A stretch of 63,803 nucleotides of DNA from Phoronis australis (Eukaryota; Animalia; Phoronida): positions 73,024-136,826 of the forward strand of contig NMRA01000467.1 in NCBI GenBank assembly GCA_002633005.1, read 5' to 3'. Shown here piece after piece: positions 24,546 through 38,259 of this stretch; the stretch's first letter is position 1; each line of letters opens with the position of its first letter. Below the pieces are notes generated by a model. The model was given only the letters and a program-made list of their open reading frames with translations. It searched no databases and was not told where the DNA came from. A program made the position numbers and the translations under genes.

Positions 24546-24644
24546 CTTGTTTTTAATGTTTGGGTCAATTCCCGACTCCATCAAAACTTTGGAAATCTTC
24601 CTCCTCTTCAACGCTGCAGCAATGTGTAAAGCTGTGTCTCCATT
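24546..24644 (-). CDS. ANKRD6: ANKRD6 ankyrin exon NGDTALHIAAALKRRKISKVLMESGIDPNIKNK
   Basis: tttcag/gtact; 99 nt; resembles human [24 protein letters not shown]. Confidence 0.9.
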
Positions 24645-25383
24645 CTGAAATCACATCAATAGTGTTAGCACAGTTCAGCAATGTGTAAAGCTGTGTCTCC
24701 ATTCTGAAATCACATCAATAGTGTTAGCACAGTTCAGCAATGTGTAAAGCTGTGTCTCCATTCTGAAATCACATCAATAGTGTTAGCACAGTTCAGCAAT
24801 GTGTAAAGCTGTGTCTCCATTCTGAAATCACATGAATAGTGTTAGCACAGTTCAGCAATGTGTAAAGCTGTGTCTCCATTCTGAAATCACATGAATAGTG
24901 TTAGCACAGTTCAGCAATGTGTAAAGCTGTGTCTCCATTCTGAAATCACATGAATAGTGTTAGCACAATTCAGCAATGTGTAAAGCTGTGTCTCCATTCT
25001 GAAATCACATGAATAGTGTTAGCACAATTCAGCAATGTGTAAAGCTGTGTCTCCATTCTGAAATCACATGAATAGTGTTAGCACAATTCAGCAATGTGTA
25101 AAGCTGTGTCTCCATTCTGAAATCACATGAATAGTGTTAGCACAATTCAGCAATGTGTAAAGCTGTGTCTCCATTCTGAAATCACATGAATAGTGTTAGC
25201 ACAATTCAGCAATGTGTAAAGCTGTGTCTCCATTCTGAAATCACATGAATAGTGTTAGCACAATTCAGCAATGTGTAAAGCTGTGTCTCCATTCTGAAAT
25301 CACATGAATAGTGTTAGCACAATTCAGCAATGTGTAAAGCTGTGTCTCCATTCTGAAATCACATCAATGGTGTTAGCACAGTT
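24617..25383. repeat. 59-bp tandem repeat x13 duplicating the branch point, acceptor and first 28 nt of the ANKRD6 exon
   Basis: Unit cagcaatgtgtaaagctgtgtctccattctgaaatcacat(c/g)aatagtgttagcaca(g/a)tt, starts every 59 bp from 24617 to 25325. Confidence 0.97.
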
Positions 25384-25925
25384 GTCACCCCTTAATATAG
25401 GACAGAAACAAAACCTCAACAAATTGGCTTTTTCTACGGCAAAATAATCACAAAATTTCGAAATCTCATCAAAAGTTGACAAGTCTTATCTAAATTATGG
25501 AGCGAATCATTTAAGGAAATTAATCTACAGTAAAAATCCATCATGTTGGGACACAATATGGCAGACAAGTTGAATTTGATATTATCAAATTTCTTGACAA
25601 AAAATAACTTCTCAGAAAGTTTCACTTGGTCATTTCCATGGTTTTCATAGTAATTTTCTCATAAAACAACATTTGGTAAATTCTGAACATTTGCAGTACT
25701 GCTGTGGTAAGACTTTGAAAAGCAGTAAAATAGTAAAATTGCAATTCTAGCAATCATTTATGTCGCAATGTGAACAACTATTTATGTCCCAATGTGAACA
25801 ATTGTCTCCTCCAATCATGACAAGTACCAGAAAATGTTCGTTCCGCATGAGATTTTTATTTTTCAATTGTTTAGGTAACTGACAGGCTTAAAATGTTGAT
25901 ATGAGCTATTACTAGTCTCCCATAC

Positions 25926-26024
25926 CTTGTTTTGTTCACTGATAGAACACTGGGCACTGATGAGTATACGGGCCACACCAGCATGGCCATAGCGCGATGC
26001 AGTGTGCAGGGCCGTGTCGCCATA
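25926..26024 (-). CDS. ANKRD6: ANKRD6 ankyrin exon YGDTALHTASRYGHAGVARILISAQCSISEQNK
   Basis: cacag/gtatg; 99 nt; resembles human GDTCLHVAARYNH..LL.AFCSVHEKN. Confidence 0.92.
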
Positions 26025-27728
26025 CTGTGAACAGACAGAGAAGCATCAACACAGCTGAGATACCACAGTGACCAATGAAATACGTAAAAGGATAAATATA
26101 GGTAATCTCACATACATAGGAATACTGCTGCCATATCCTATACAGAATTCATTTATTCTGGGACGATACCAAAGGTCGAGTTGGGACATTCCCAACTCAA
26201 ATGAATTCAAGATAGGATATTGTATTAAGTATTGTTATGTATGTCGGATAACTTATTTATCCCATTTATATAAACTCATTTGCATCGTGGCGATACCTTG
26301 TTGCCATGTGCTTTGGCTTGCTGTTATACGACGTCATATATACATCAAGCCTACCCACGCCAGTTAAGCGATAAGGTAATGCTTTGTTTAATAACTAGTA
26401 AAGTTTTATTTCTTATGAATTTTCAGTTTATGAAATATTCAAGTTAAAACAATAAACCATTCAATAATATCAAAAAATTGCTGGGAACTTAGAAACAATC
26501 CAGCTGGGAAAATTGAAACATCAAGAGTTGTGCGTTCAGCAGTGTGTTGTTTTAGCTTCAATGAAAGTCTGTTTTCGTGCCTTAGTTTCTGGAATAGAAA
26601 TAGTTATAGTAATATTTCCCCCATGTTTGTTGATCACAGCACTTGAAAATAAGAGTCAAAACGGTGCTGATTAACAGAACTTGAGGTAAGGACTGTATCA
26701 CAAAAAGCAGATTTTACTCTACCACCGAGTCGATGAATGCTGCGAGCAGACCATTGTGTTGGTAAACTCATATTTGATATTAGGTCGCAACTTCCTGTAA
26801 ATATCTTAGTTCTCAGTGTAGATATACTGTATGCATCCAGAACAACACGTTTTTGTTTGATTTGAATTAGATTTTGCCTGATTCTGTTGGAGACGCTACA
26901 TGCTAGGCAACTGATTCAGATTAGATTAAAACTAGCGAGGCCTAAAAACAGTCGCCTGATCATCATGCGTTGGAATTCTCATCGGAAAAAGTGTATAGTT
27001 TTTATGCAGTAAAACTGCCTTTTCAGGAACGATTGCTTGGATTAATGTTTTGGGTAACCCAAATGAATAAGCCCCATCAAATTTGGCATCGTACAGGCAA
27101 ATTTACTCCACCAGGTGACTGCACACCAACTGTGGAATACCGCTTCTACTGTTGTGTATGGATTGGCTCTACTTTCCCACACTTGACAGTAAATATCATG
27201 AAATATCAAATGCTTGTATCTCACATTATATGGCATAATGCCGCTTATGCTACATTTATACAGTAACTTTTGACAACGAACAAATTGCCATGACGTGTGT
27301 TGACCCTTGGCGCCTCCTATTTACACAGTACTCTCAGAGGGTGCATCAACTTGGAAGCAGGAATTTACTCTGCACACTCAGGTTTACAGCAATCAATGTG
27401 TTCGTATGTTGTTACGAAAATGCAATAACTGAAATTATCACTTGCATCCTTCAAGTACGTAAATCACACAGAACAAACTGACCCAGCATAACTTGCTCTA
27501 CTTAAAAACATATATCAAGTCAGAACTGGAGTATCAATTTTGTGCCATTTCAAACTTTGATCACACAGAACGTCATACTGTTTCATTTTGCAATGTCATC
27601 TGATTTCGACATTAGAGAACCAGTAAGTCAGCTACATCCAAGAGTAATCATTGGAAGAGCTTTACACACTACGTCATGCATAATTATGAGATCTCACAGA
27701 GTAAATAACTGAGTCAATAATCACTTAC

Positions 27729-27827
27729 ATTGTTTTTCAAGTCAGGGCTGCAGCCAGCGTAGAGCAATATACGAGCACTCTCATTGTGACCATTCTGTGC
27801 CGAAAGGTGCAGCGCAGTGAAACCAGC
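27729..27827 (-). CDS. ANKRD6: ANKRD6 ankyrin exon AGFTALHLSAQNGHNESARILLYAGCSPDLKNN
   Basis: tttcag/gtaagt; 99 nt; resembles human [33 protein letters not shown]. Confidence 0.92.
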
Positions 27828-28289
27828 CTGAAAGTGAATGATATCAAGGTGTAAGAGATAAGACTTAAACATAAACATATACGCAGACCAGGCATGTGTT
27901 AAAGCAGCTATCAAACCACTTCATATTAAAAATAAGTTTTGACTTTGACCTCTTGCAATTACGAAATTAGTCTCAACTTGTTTGTTAAATAAGAGCAACG
28001 TGGAGCATTGAAATGCACCCACGACTGCACCGAAAAGGGTGAGCTTCTCGGGGTGTTTATTTGTATCATAAAAATGACCGTTTAATGGCCTAGAATACCT
28101 TGAACCCATCAAAAATGGGAAGGTATCATCGTCTCTCAAAATTATTTGCCAAATTTTATGAAAATCTGTTAACTCCAAAGGCACAAAGTCAAATGTAAAA
28201 AACATACTACTATTAGGAACCACGACACTAGTCAAATCCATCCATCTGCTGTCAAGTTAATTTAAATACAATTGCAAAATGTCAAAAAC

Positions 28290-29970
28290 ATTTTGTAAGG
28301 GGTTTAGAAGATACAGTCATAGATGCGAAAAATGTCACTAGGAGGCACCACAATAGTTGAACCCGTTTGAAAATCCACATCAGTTGTGCTCTAGTCAGTA
28401 GGAACAGATCTGCTGATTTAAAACAATGATCCTCTGCCAGTTTAGCAGATACAAAAGCAAACAAAGAACAGATATGACCACTAGTTGGTGCAGCATATGT
28501 CAAATACATCACAAAAAAGAAAGCTGCAGTCGTCTTTGTAATCGAAATTTGTTTACTAAATTTCATGAGAAAGCATTGAGGATAGTAGGAACTCAGAAGT
28601 TACAGAGGACAACGTAAAAATTAAAATTGCCACTACAGAGCACAGCTGTAGTTGGATTGGTCTGAAACTGGCCGTCATCTGTTGCCATCTCCATAGGAAC
28701 ACATCTTCTAAATTTCAGGAAGATCATGCAAATGGGTAAAGGAGCTACAGCCGTAGACTCAAACACATCTCCAAATTATAAAATGAATCTTCAAGCAGTT
28801 TGGTGGATGGAGAGGGTGATGTCAAAAGTTTTTTTAATGGCCACCGAGTGGCACAGAAAACATCAAATCCACCCAGAAATAAAAAGGCATTGTCCTCTCC
28901 TTAACAGAAACCTATTCGCAAAATTTCATGATAATATAAACAGCCACTATACATCAAATCTATACGAAAATGAGAACCTGTTGACTCCTTAATAGAAACC
29001 TATTTATTAAATTTCATAAAAAATCTTCAAAGGAGTTTCAAAGATACAAAGGACAATGAAAAAAATGGCACCGGGCGTAGTCGGATATGCCCAAATGTCG
29101 TCGTTGTCCATTGTCAAAGTCATATAAATACACTTGCCAAATTTAATAAACATTCTCCAGGTTTGGGAGATCCAGCCATAGACACAAAAAACTGCCACTA
29201 GGAGGTGCCACAGTAGCCTGAGTCGTCTAAAAATCATCATTAGCCGTCCTCTTCACAGAAAGAACATAAATGCCAATTTTCAAAATCAGCCTAAGTGGGT
29301 TTAGTTGATAGAGAGATGGATGCCAAAAACAGACTAGCAAACAGTAAAGACGGCCACTAGATGGTGCAAAATAAGTTGAATCCATTCGGAAACAGGCACA
29401 TACATGTCATCGTTTCTTTAATAAAAAGTTGTTTACCAAATTTCATAAAAGTCCATCAAGGAACATCAGAGAAACAAACTAAGCGAAAAGAAATGAAATT
29501 GCCACTAGGGGGCACAGCATTCATTATATCCATCTGAAAGTCGTTCGTTGTCAACTTCATATACATACACTTGCTAAATTTAAAGGCGAAGGCAACCTTT
29601 TTTCATGTCATTTTTAGCAAAAATAAGGTTCGTTGAATATCCCAGACATATTTTTCACTTATTTACTGCTTTTCGTAATTTAATTAATTACTTGTCGTCT
29701 ATTCCGGAAGTGCCGTTTTGGGAGGCAAGAATTTCGCGCCAATTTCTTTTCATATAGTCTGACAGTGAGAGCATTCGAGGCAGTCATTGTTCTACCTCGG
29801 TTGTGATAAGTTCGGTCCTCGTTTGCTTTTGCTTACGAATCAGTCAACATGAACATTCACCAAAGGAATTTAACAGGGCAGCGGACGCCGGACAGACGCC
29901 AGACGGACGTCAGACGGACCAGGATTATGACACAATGCACCCACATATAAATGCGTGGCCACATAGTGCA
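28290..29970 (-). mobile_element. Reverse-oriented degenerate copy of the HINE-like family
   Basis: Same modules as 5125-9557 (gccactagggggcac etc.); (GGAC/AGAC)n microsatellite at ~29880-29920; degenerate atgcacccacatat hairpin at ~29934-29965. Confidence 0.5.
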
Positions 29971-29974
29971 GGTA

Positions 29975-30152
29975 GTCTACTTCATCAGATGTACTCAGGC
30001 CGGTCATCAGGGCTCATTGCACAGAACACCTAAAGCCACTTTTTCATTTCACATATGCATACAACACACATACACAAGTCAAGACCAAGTTCAGGAACCA
30101 CGACCTTGAGAACAGGTGGCAGACACTCAACCCATCAAGCCACACTGTCTCC
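29975..30152 (-). mobile_element. Possible decayed tRNA-derived SINE
   Basis: - strand head ggagacagtgTGGCTTGATGG...GGTTCCTGAAC resembles Pol III A and B boxes; no intact cloverleaf. Confidence 0.35.
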
Positions 30153-30691
30153 ACTGTGTTCTGTACTAAAATAAAAGGTTATTTCCAAGTTTACTAGGAA
30201 CTGCCACTCAGTTATTGCTCGAGACCAAGCTTAACATGTTGGCTCATTATGGCCGATACCACAAAACACTTTGCACTTGAGAAAGGACCACATCGAGGTT
30301 AGTTTCAAAGCATTAATGGTCCAAATGAAGAGTGCGTTACTTTGAAACAAAGCAGGTTTATAGCAACTTTTAGTTGGTGATTCCTAAGATACAAGTTGGG
30401 AGATACCTTGTCTGTTACTACAGAAAAGTGAGCATTGTTCTAATTTGAGCGGCGTTTACTGCCTCACTGCAAGAGCTAGTGAAGCCATCCAATCATCAGT
30501 GCTGGCCATTTAGCTAGCATTGTGTTAATAAGGGAGCGTTCTTAATAGTTACGGTAAATGCACGCCATATGTTGTGGCACACAAAATGTTCTTGCATTCA
30601 AAATGTGGACCTTTTAACAAAATTAAGATATTATTTCCAAACATTTATGAATATGCTGACAGGTACTTAACCATGTCCATCAGGACCTCAC

Positions 30692-30790
30692 CTTGTTGGT
30701 AACATATACGTTAGACTTGTTCTTGATGAGAAAGGTGATAGTCTGACTAAAACCATTCCAGGCAGCTTCATGTAGCCCAGTATTGCCATG
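30692..30790 (-). CDS. ANKRD6: ANKRD6 ankyrin exon HGNTGLHEAAWNGFSQTITFLIKNKSNVYVTNK
   Basis: tttcag/gtgag; 99 nt; resembles the diagnostic human GNTALHEASWHGFSQ. Confidence 0.92.
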
Positions 30791-31339
30791 CTGAAAGCAT
30801 GAACACAAACAATTCATGAGAAACTGCCAAGGATAAAGAAATATTCAAGCAAATACACTTTAGGCCAAAACAGAAGTTGGTTCAGATCTGTTATTTTTTG
30901 AAAATCGAGTCCACGGTGCAGAATTTTTTACTTGTTCATTTTAAGAAAATCCATCCAAAATGAACAAAATATTGTTTTTTGAATGTTTGACAAATCATGA
31001 CGTTTCAGACCATACTTACATACCTTTGTGCAGCTTTTCAAAAAAAAACACGAGACTGGCTGAAATTTATGCACGCACGCATTTTTTAATTTTTTTTAGT
31101 CGGTGAGTCAGAACAAAGACCAGAATCAACTATACTTGTTTGACTTTACAGTACTGTGAAAGATTACTTGATGAGAACAGTTGTGGTCTTAAGATCTCCA
31201 TCTTCATCAATTAATAATTCAGAAATACAAAAAAAGAAAAACAACATTTAAGGGTGTTAATTTCACACAGCATTAATGATTGTCAATAAGAAAATAATAA
31301 AATGGTTTCACTAAATGAAAGTATGATAACCGCAAAGAA

Positions 31340-31497
31340 CACCCGCCAGCACACACTGCCAAGTCACCTGTCATAAGCTTTTGAATCATATAAACACATC
31401 TGCCAAATCTCATCAAGATCCCACGAGGGTTTGGGAGATACAGCTATGGATGCCGGACGCCCCGACAGAGATGACCACAATATGCACCCACATATTA
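31340..31497 (-). mobile_element. Short fragment of the HINE-like family 5' end
   Basis: gacagagatgaccacaatatgcacccacatatt is near the reverse complement of 5147-5180. Confidence 0.55.
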
Positions 31498-31571
31498 AAA
31501 TGATTATTCTAAGATTTTTAAAATGTCACCATTTCTTTAAAAAATCCATCACTGATTAGTACATTTTATTT

Positions 31572-32456
31572 TTAAGGTTGATGCCCGTATTTATGTACCG
31601 GGCCCACATTCGAAGCTATGCCTATATTCAGAATCGAGTCATGCGCCTATACGCAAACCACCTGAGTAAAACAATCCTTAAAGTTGATGCTCTGGCGTAC
31701 CCCAGCATTTCAAACAATACGCACTGCTATTTGGTTCCCAGAATGCAGTGAATATTTTTGACAATGCTCGCACTTAGGTTTGCTTTGCAGTTGGAAATTG
31801 TAGGTTTACGCATGTTAAAACATTACTATTGGAAATTTATAAAAATTGTGCCATTAAAAGAGCTCCCACGAAAAAGCATCAATTCAAAGCAAGAAATCGG
31901 ATTTTGGAAAGTGTTTTTGACTTATAAGAAAATCTGGTGATGAAGTAAGACTGTAAACTCAACTCTCTGCGTTTTTACCCAATAAGTTGAACTTTTAGAA
32001 TAAATTCTCTAAGTTTTGCGTTTGCGTAGATGAAAATGTTATGATGATTAGAAAATATCATTGTTCATGCCAATTGCTGTGAATTGACAAAACATATTTT
32101 TGCTGTCATGGAATATTGTCCAAAAACAGTTCACAGTTGCTTGTGTCCGAAAACCTTTACTATAATGGAATATTATTCTAATATCTTGCATATGGTGTTC
32201 AGTTATGCCTAGCATTCAAACAGTATCTTGTTTTTGAAAGAAAGCCTTTATTTCCACAGCGATTTTTCGGAAAAAAAACTCTCTCGTGGCGCTCGTACGG
32301 ATAGCTCTGAAGGTGCTGGTTTGAATCAAAATAACATAAAAGACAGAACGATCGACTGACATTGCTTGGAAAATGAATGATCATATAAACTCAGATAATT
32401 TTACTAGAATCTTTTACACTCTGATTTTCGGATAGTGGCAGAGTGCATCATCTTAA
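31572..32456. mobile_element. Possible Kolobok-like non-autonomous element (TTAA flanks)
   Basis: ttaaggttgatgc ... gcatcatcttaa imperfect inverted ends. Confidence 0.4.
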
Positions 32457-32523
32457 CCACACATGTATTTATCTTGTTATTGAAATTTGACAATTTGCAA
32501 GTTACTAACTCTGCAAGTGATAG

Positions 32524-32718
32524 CCAAAGCCTATAACTTGAGTGTCTTTTAGGTGGCTCTGGTTATCGCACCCAAAGCCTATAACTTGAGTGTCTTTTAG
32601 GTGGCTCTGGTTATCGCACCCAAAGCCTATAACTTGAGTGTCTTTTAGGTGGCTCTGGTTATCGCACCCAAAGCCTATAACTTGAGTGTCTTTTAGGTGG
32701 CTCTGGTTATCGCACCCA
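32524..32718. repeat. Minisatellite, 48-bp unit x4
   Basis: ccaaagcctataacttgagtgtcttttaggtggctctggttatcgcac, identical copies. Confidence 0.95.
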
Positions 32719-32776
32719 TACTCAACACTAAGCCCACAGGTTTGTTACTACAAATCTCCTGCAAACATCCCAGGAA

Positions 32777-32976
32777 CAGGGCTTGAAATAGCCCATGACA
32801 AAAAAGAGGAAAATTTTCCAGGTGATGCATCGTTCATGTGATAGAAATAATATTTTGTATTAAAAAAATTAGCTGCTAGAAACATTTTTGCATGAAAAAA
32901 GTAAAAAATAATGAAAAAGGAAACTGGAAATCAAATAAGAAGAAATTGAAACTAAAGAGGAAAATTCCAAGCCCTG
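32777..32976. mobile_element. Short CAGGG-terminal MITE
   Basis: cagggcttg ... caagccctg; a similar 3' end recurs at ~44915-44980; TSD not clear. Confidence 0.5.
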
Positions 32977-33435
32977 CTGAAATCAAAATGGCAGCAATCA
33001 ACAAAGAGGTCTATCGGACAGAAAAATGAACTGAAAAGTAATTCAGGAAACATTTTGCTGACTATTCACCAATGACAAACACACCTGAGCTATGGTTAAA
33101 TGTAACACAAAATTTTGCAAACTTTGGAACATCATATCTCTGAAATGGCTGGTCTGATTAAAATGAAACTTTCAGATCCTATGACTGATGCACTTTTCTG
33201 TAAAATGCTTTTAAGATTTTTGAGGAGATTCAGGATCCCACCATATGTAATCACAAGCTGGTACTTTTGAGACTAATTTGAAAAAGTTTGCACAAACACA
33301 AATGAAAGCTGTTTTGAGATTTCATTTATCAGGACATTTGGTCATGGTATTGATACCATTGATTAGGAGTAAATATATTTTCTTTTCAACTAAATGGTCA
33401 ATAACAAAACAATGCCAAATCTGTCACTTTCTATA

Positions 33436-34834
33436 CATCAGGTGTCCCAAAAACATTTTTGACAAGTAATTTTTCATCAATCAAAATGTTCACAATGTAT
33501 CTTCAGCGTGTCATCAACAAGTCTACAAAGTATATCAGAAAAATATAGAAACATGAATGTATTTTGAAATTCAACACAATAGAGTGAAAAATGCAATATC
33601 ACTGTGACTTTCATCATGTTTATGCTGTGCTAGCATTTGTCAGTCAAAACATTGGCTGCTGGTTCTCAAGTCTAAAGTTTTTTTCAGATCTGTATCCAAA
33701 TCAGTTCTGTCCAGTATTCCGGTTTGTAAAGATGCCTTCGAGTGAAAGTGATCTGTTTCAAGTTGAAAGGGTGGGGCGGAAGAAGAATCATAAGGGAGTT
33801 CCCAGGACTACATGTTAAAAAGAGGATCATTCATGTTGAGGAACTGATTCAATACCAGAACAACCCGTGGAACCACAAATCTCTGAGAGAAGTCACACGC
33901 GATTTACAAAGGAGCAAGCTTTCCGTGCAAAGAATGGCGAAAAACTGGAGCTAAAACCTTTCAAAAGAAGGCGGGCATCACAGAGAGATCAAAATGTTTG
34001 AAGGAAAAGGAAAACTTGATGCTGATACCTGGATGACAGCGACTCAGACACTGATGTGAAAAGAATCATTTTCATTGATGAAAAAGACTTTAAGTTAGAG
34101 ATCGCTAAAAGTCGTCATAATGATCGTGTTTATGGGAAACAAAAATGAATAATTCAACTTTCTCGACTCTATCATGAGACTTCCAGATTTTCTGAAAAAG
34201 TAGTTTTCCGCTGGAGTATCCTGGGAAGGAAAAACAAATATTCATTTTATTGATACTGATAGAGCCAAAGTTAATAGTCAACGCTACATGCAGTTATTGG
34301 ATGAAAATCTGCCGGATTGCAGGCGACTTTATCCTGGAAACAATTACGTGGTTCAGAAAGATGGGGCTCCTTCACACATGAGCAAGATAACCCAGGCTCA
34401 TCTGGAAGTGGCCACGTCAAAAAATCCAATGGACTATGACATATGGAACTCTCTGAAGGGGAAAATTAATCGGGCAATCAGAGACAAATTGACTGACCAG
34501 GAGATAAAAGACAGGCCAATCATGTCATGGGAGGAAATGTCAATAGAAGTAATAAGGAAAGCATTTCTGGTTGGGAGAAACGGCTCCGATTAGTCATGGA
34601 GGAAGACGGAAGACACACTGAACATAGACTGAAATAAACAAGCTTTCCTTTGATATTGTATTTTTTGACCTGATGTTATTTAATTTTACAATCCTCAAAC
34701 TATTGGACACAGATCTCTTTGATATTTTGCACATTTGCTGATATCCCAAGCTTCATCTGTAAGAAATTTAAATAATTATTTGTGGCTGAGAAATTACTCG
34801 TCAAAGCGTGGCTCACTTTTTGAGACACCTGACA
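33436..34834 (+). mobile_element. Decayed Tc1/mariner transposon (DDxD, maT/DD37D-like) with a pseudogenised transposase
   Basis: TA-flanked TIRs tcaggtgtc(c/t)caaaaa..tttgac(a/g)agtaattt; remnants IFIDEKDF, NDRVY, QKDGAPSH, NPMDY; multiple stops and frameshifts. Confidence 0.85.
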
Positions 34835-35455
34835 TAATTACACTTTTACTGAGTTCAAATCCATATTTCTGAAGATTTTCATTAAGATGAACAGAACTGT
34901 TGTTAGGTTATGCATAACCTAAACAAAGCATAAACGCACACAAAGAATGAAAAGCTTTTGTTCAGTTTTCATGCTCATGTCACTACGTGTAGTTAACAAT
35001 CATGCTATTAGTTCCGAATTCCGAGATTATGTTAGTCTTGTGCCACCAGAGGCAGAAGGTTATTTCCAAATTGATTTTAAGTCTACAACAATACACTCTA
35101 AAATTAGAGGACGACACTCCAGTTTTACAATATTTCGGATTCTCAGGAAATACACTAAAATCCAAAATACATGAAATGCCAATGCAAATTAATGCAATTC
35201 CCAGTTACTGCAACAAACTAGAAAATGCATGCGATGTGGTACTCAGTCTCTAAAGCTTACTAACCACTTTGAGACAATACAAAGCCAGAGACGTGCAGTG
35301 TATCCATGACTTTGGCACCAGTCACTACTTAGCTTTTTGAAGATACATCTCACAAACAAATGTTCAACAGCTCTAACATGGTGAAGCAAAGAAACAAAGC
35401 CAGTCAAGAGGAGAAAGCCTGGCAAGCGTAACCACAGAAACCTATTTGACATTAC

Positions 35456-35557
35456 CACCTCATCCTGTCGATCAATGGCACAACCTTCGTCCACTATGAG
35501 CTTGACAGTCTCCACATGACCTTGGGCAGCGGCACGGTGTAGAGGGGTGTAGCCAAG
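35456..35557 (-). CDS. ANKRD6: ANKRD6 ankyrin exon LGYTPLHRAAAQGHVETVKLIVDEGCAIDRQDE(V)
   Basis: ttacag acceptor; tandem donors GAG|GTG|gtaat; resembles human TALHRA...EGCALDRQD. Confidence 0.9.
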
Positions 35558-37373
35558 CTGTAACGACCGGCAGAAACAGTAATTTTGCATACACTTCAAT
35601 AAAAAAATTGATTTTTCCATTTTTCAAAGGCTTTTAACATCGTTGTGAATGGCCACAATTTCTCATAACATTGTCTGATGTTAGGTACGGTATGAATGTT
35701 TCAAAGACGATAAAACAATTGTTTGGTCCTTCTTGTATCTTATGAAACAGTGGACAATGAAAGTGTCCTCCAAACTATAAACTAAAGTAGAGAGATATTA
35801 CCACAACTCTTCTACATATTGGAACTATTTGTCAACTTTGTCATTTTTCTATTTCTCAAAAAATTATTACTTTGCTACAATTAATCAAACTTTTACCAAA
35901 TGCCCTCATAACAAACAGTACAGTGTAAAACATTCTTAAGTTCTATTATAACATCTTTTTGATGAGAAATTTGACAAATTTCCACTAGTCAGCCATACTG
36001 TTTGCTAATCAGCTGAAGGATAATTCCAATCTAAGGATGAGTCAGTAAGGATCTTCAAATATATCTGCAATCAAGAATCATCATGCAATCTCAAGTCATT
36101 CAATTTTGTAGCATAAGTAAGATTATTTCACCTGTTAAGCTATGGCGTCTTATTTCTCAAATTCAAGTAATGTGGATCACTGAAATTTCCGTATATAACA
36201 ACATCTTTTGTCAACAGAAACAGAAATAAAGTGAAATCAAACATTATATGACAATTGACATTTGATGTATGGCATTATGAGCATGATACAAAGTTTTAAC
36301 TTAAAAGTTGCTACAGTTAAGTTCAGTCATAACAGACAAAAAATGGCCGTCTCAAATATAATTAATGATTTGGTACCACAATTAAATGCCAAAATAATTG
36401 TGTTAACAGGTATAACACTATTGAAAGAATGGAACAAAATGAACAGCCACGTAGATCTGTGATCATTATTGTTGTTACAATCACAGTGAACTAAACATTA
36501 AACCTGTGATAAAACAGTGACATTTCTACTAATTCTCAAGCAACCAACTTACCAAAATTGATGTGGGAAATTTATTTTTCACTGAGATATGCCAAACAAT
36601 ATTACGCTGCGGGATTGCTTGATCTCACTGTTTGCGCGCAATGTCCCGGCAGACAATTGTGACTTGGAAACGTGGTCTAGTATATGAAACCGCCTGTTTC
36701 AATGAGTTTCGTTTTCTATCGCAAAACACGTGACCAAACACCAACCAACGGCCACAACTTGTCATTCAGCACCGCAGTTTCAAAATTTATTCACGTGAAC
36801 TCAACAAAAACCTGAGAAACAATAAGGGTGCAGCTATTCTTTGAAAATACGCTGGACGGCCGGTCAGTGAGCTTCTACTCGCCCAGCACCGTTTTAGTCG
36901 CATTGACCACTGGGCAAGTGGCTAAGTATATCCTCGGTTTGCCACATGAACGACAACCAAACGGGAAAAACATTGTTGCCTTTTACTCCTTAGTAAGACT
37001 GTCGCTATGGACAACACAGATACCACAGTACAAATTTCAAGTTGAGTAAATGTTTATTTTTGTTATATAGTCACAGATAAAATGCCACTATGATAACCTA
37101 AATAACATAATGAAGTTCGGTCCAATTGTTTCTATATATATATTAATCTTAGATGTTAATTTCAAACTGCCCAATAGTGCCACTTACATGTTGAGAAAAT
37201 TTCTTCTATAAATAATGTCAGTATTTTCAAAGGCAAAATTAGACGGGATTCAGAGTTCCACCAAATTTCGGAGGAGTTAAAATTCAATGCCAGACTACTC
37301 AAGAACAATAGCAGAATTGCAACTTATGTGGTGATAGCCATTTTCCAAATTAACTATCTGGTGCTACCAGTCT

Positions 37374-37458
37374 TACAGAGGTCTTTTCAAGGCTTGACAA
37401 TACAGAGGTCTTTTCAAGGCTTGACAATACAGAGGTCTTTTCAAGGCCTGAATAATAC
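37374..37458. repeat. 27-bp tandem repeat x3
   Basis: tacagaggtcttttcaaggcttgacaa. Confidence 0.9.
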
Positions 37459-38259
37459 ACAACTTGCTTAAAATCTCATTGCACATGAACACAAGATTAC
37501 TGAAATGAATTCTTGTAAAAAGATTCCTGCGAAATTTTCCAGACTTCTGATAATCAGATATATATGGGATCGCTACTTATGACAGTAAACTCTAAAAGTG
37601 GTAAGTTCTAAAGAACAAACATGGTAAAACTATATATTAGAACTAACTTGTAAGATAACTTGAAGATGTCTGCCGCAGCTTGCAGACTTGAGCATAATCT
37701 GAAAGACTTCATGTCAAAACAAACCCAGAAAACTTAAGCACCAATGCCATTAAGTTATGACCAAGTGCCATTTGTCTCCGTTACTAGCACTTTTAAGAGA
37801 AACCTGCATTTTGTTCTCAATTCTATATGAAGATCAATGGAAAAAGGGGACTTTTATAAAGCAGCAACGCGATACAATAGTTGATTACCGATAGAGCGAA
37901 AGGTCGGGAGACAAAAATGGTGTAATGCTCATGAACATTCAACAATTTCAACAAACATCAAAGCCTGTAAGATGCTGATTTCACTAGAAACCAAAATAGT
38001 TCTGCAATGTACTGTTGCCTTCATCACTCATTCCTTTACTCACTCCGCACACATCGCCCTCCCATCCAAACAGCCAAACATTGATTTGAGAAATTCTAGC
38101 CAAACCAAGAAGCTGAACTCCCCTCTGCGGGCTACTATCCAATAAAAATGCTGGCAAATTCAAGATAAAATTCAAATTCGTCATCGAAACCTCCCATTTA
38201 CACGACTTTTATAATATTTGTTGTGCTGTACCATTAATTTATTTTACTGACGCAGTGAG

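Noticed and set aside
24617-25383. Regular repeat array resembling a CRISPR
   Set aside because: Units are contiguous with no unique spacers, there are no cas genes, and the context is eukaryotic
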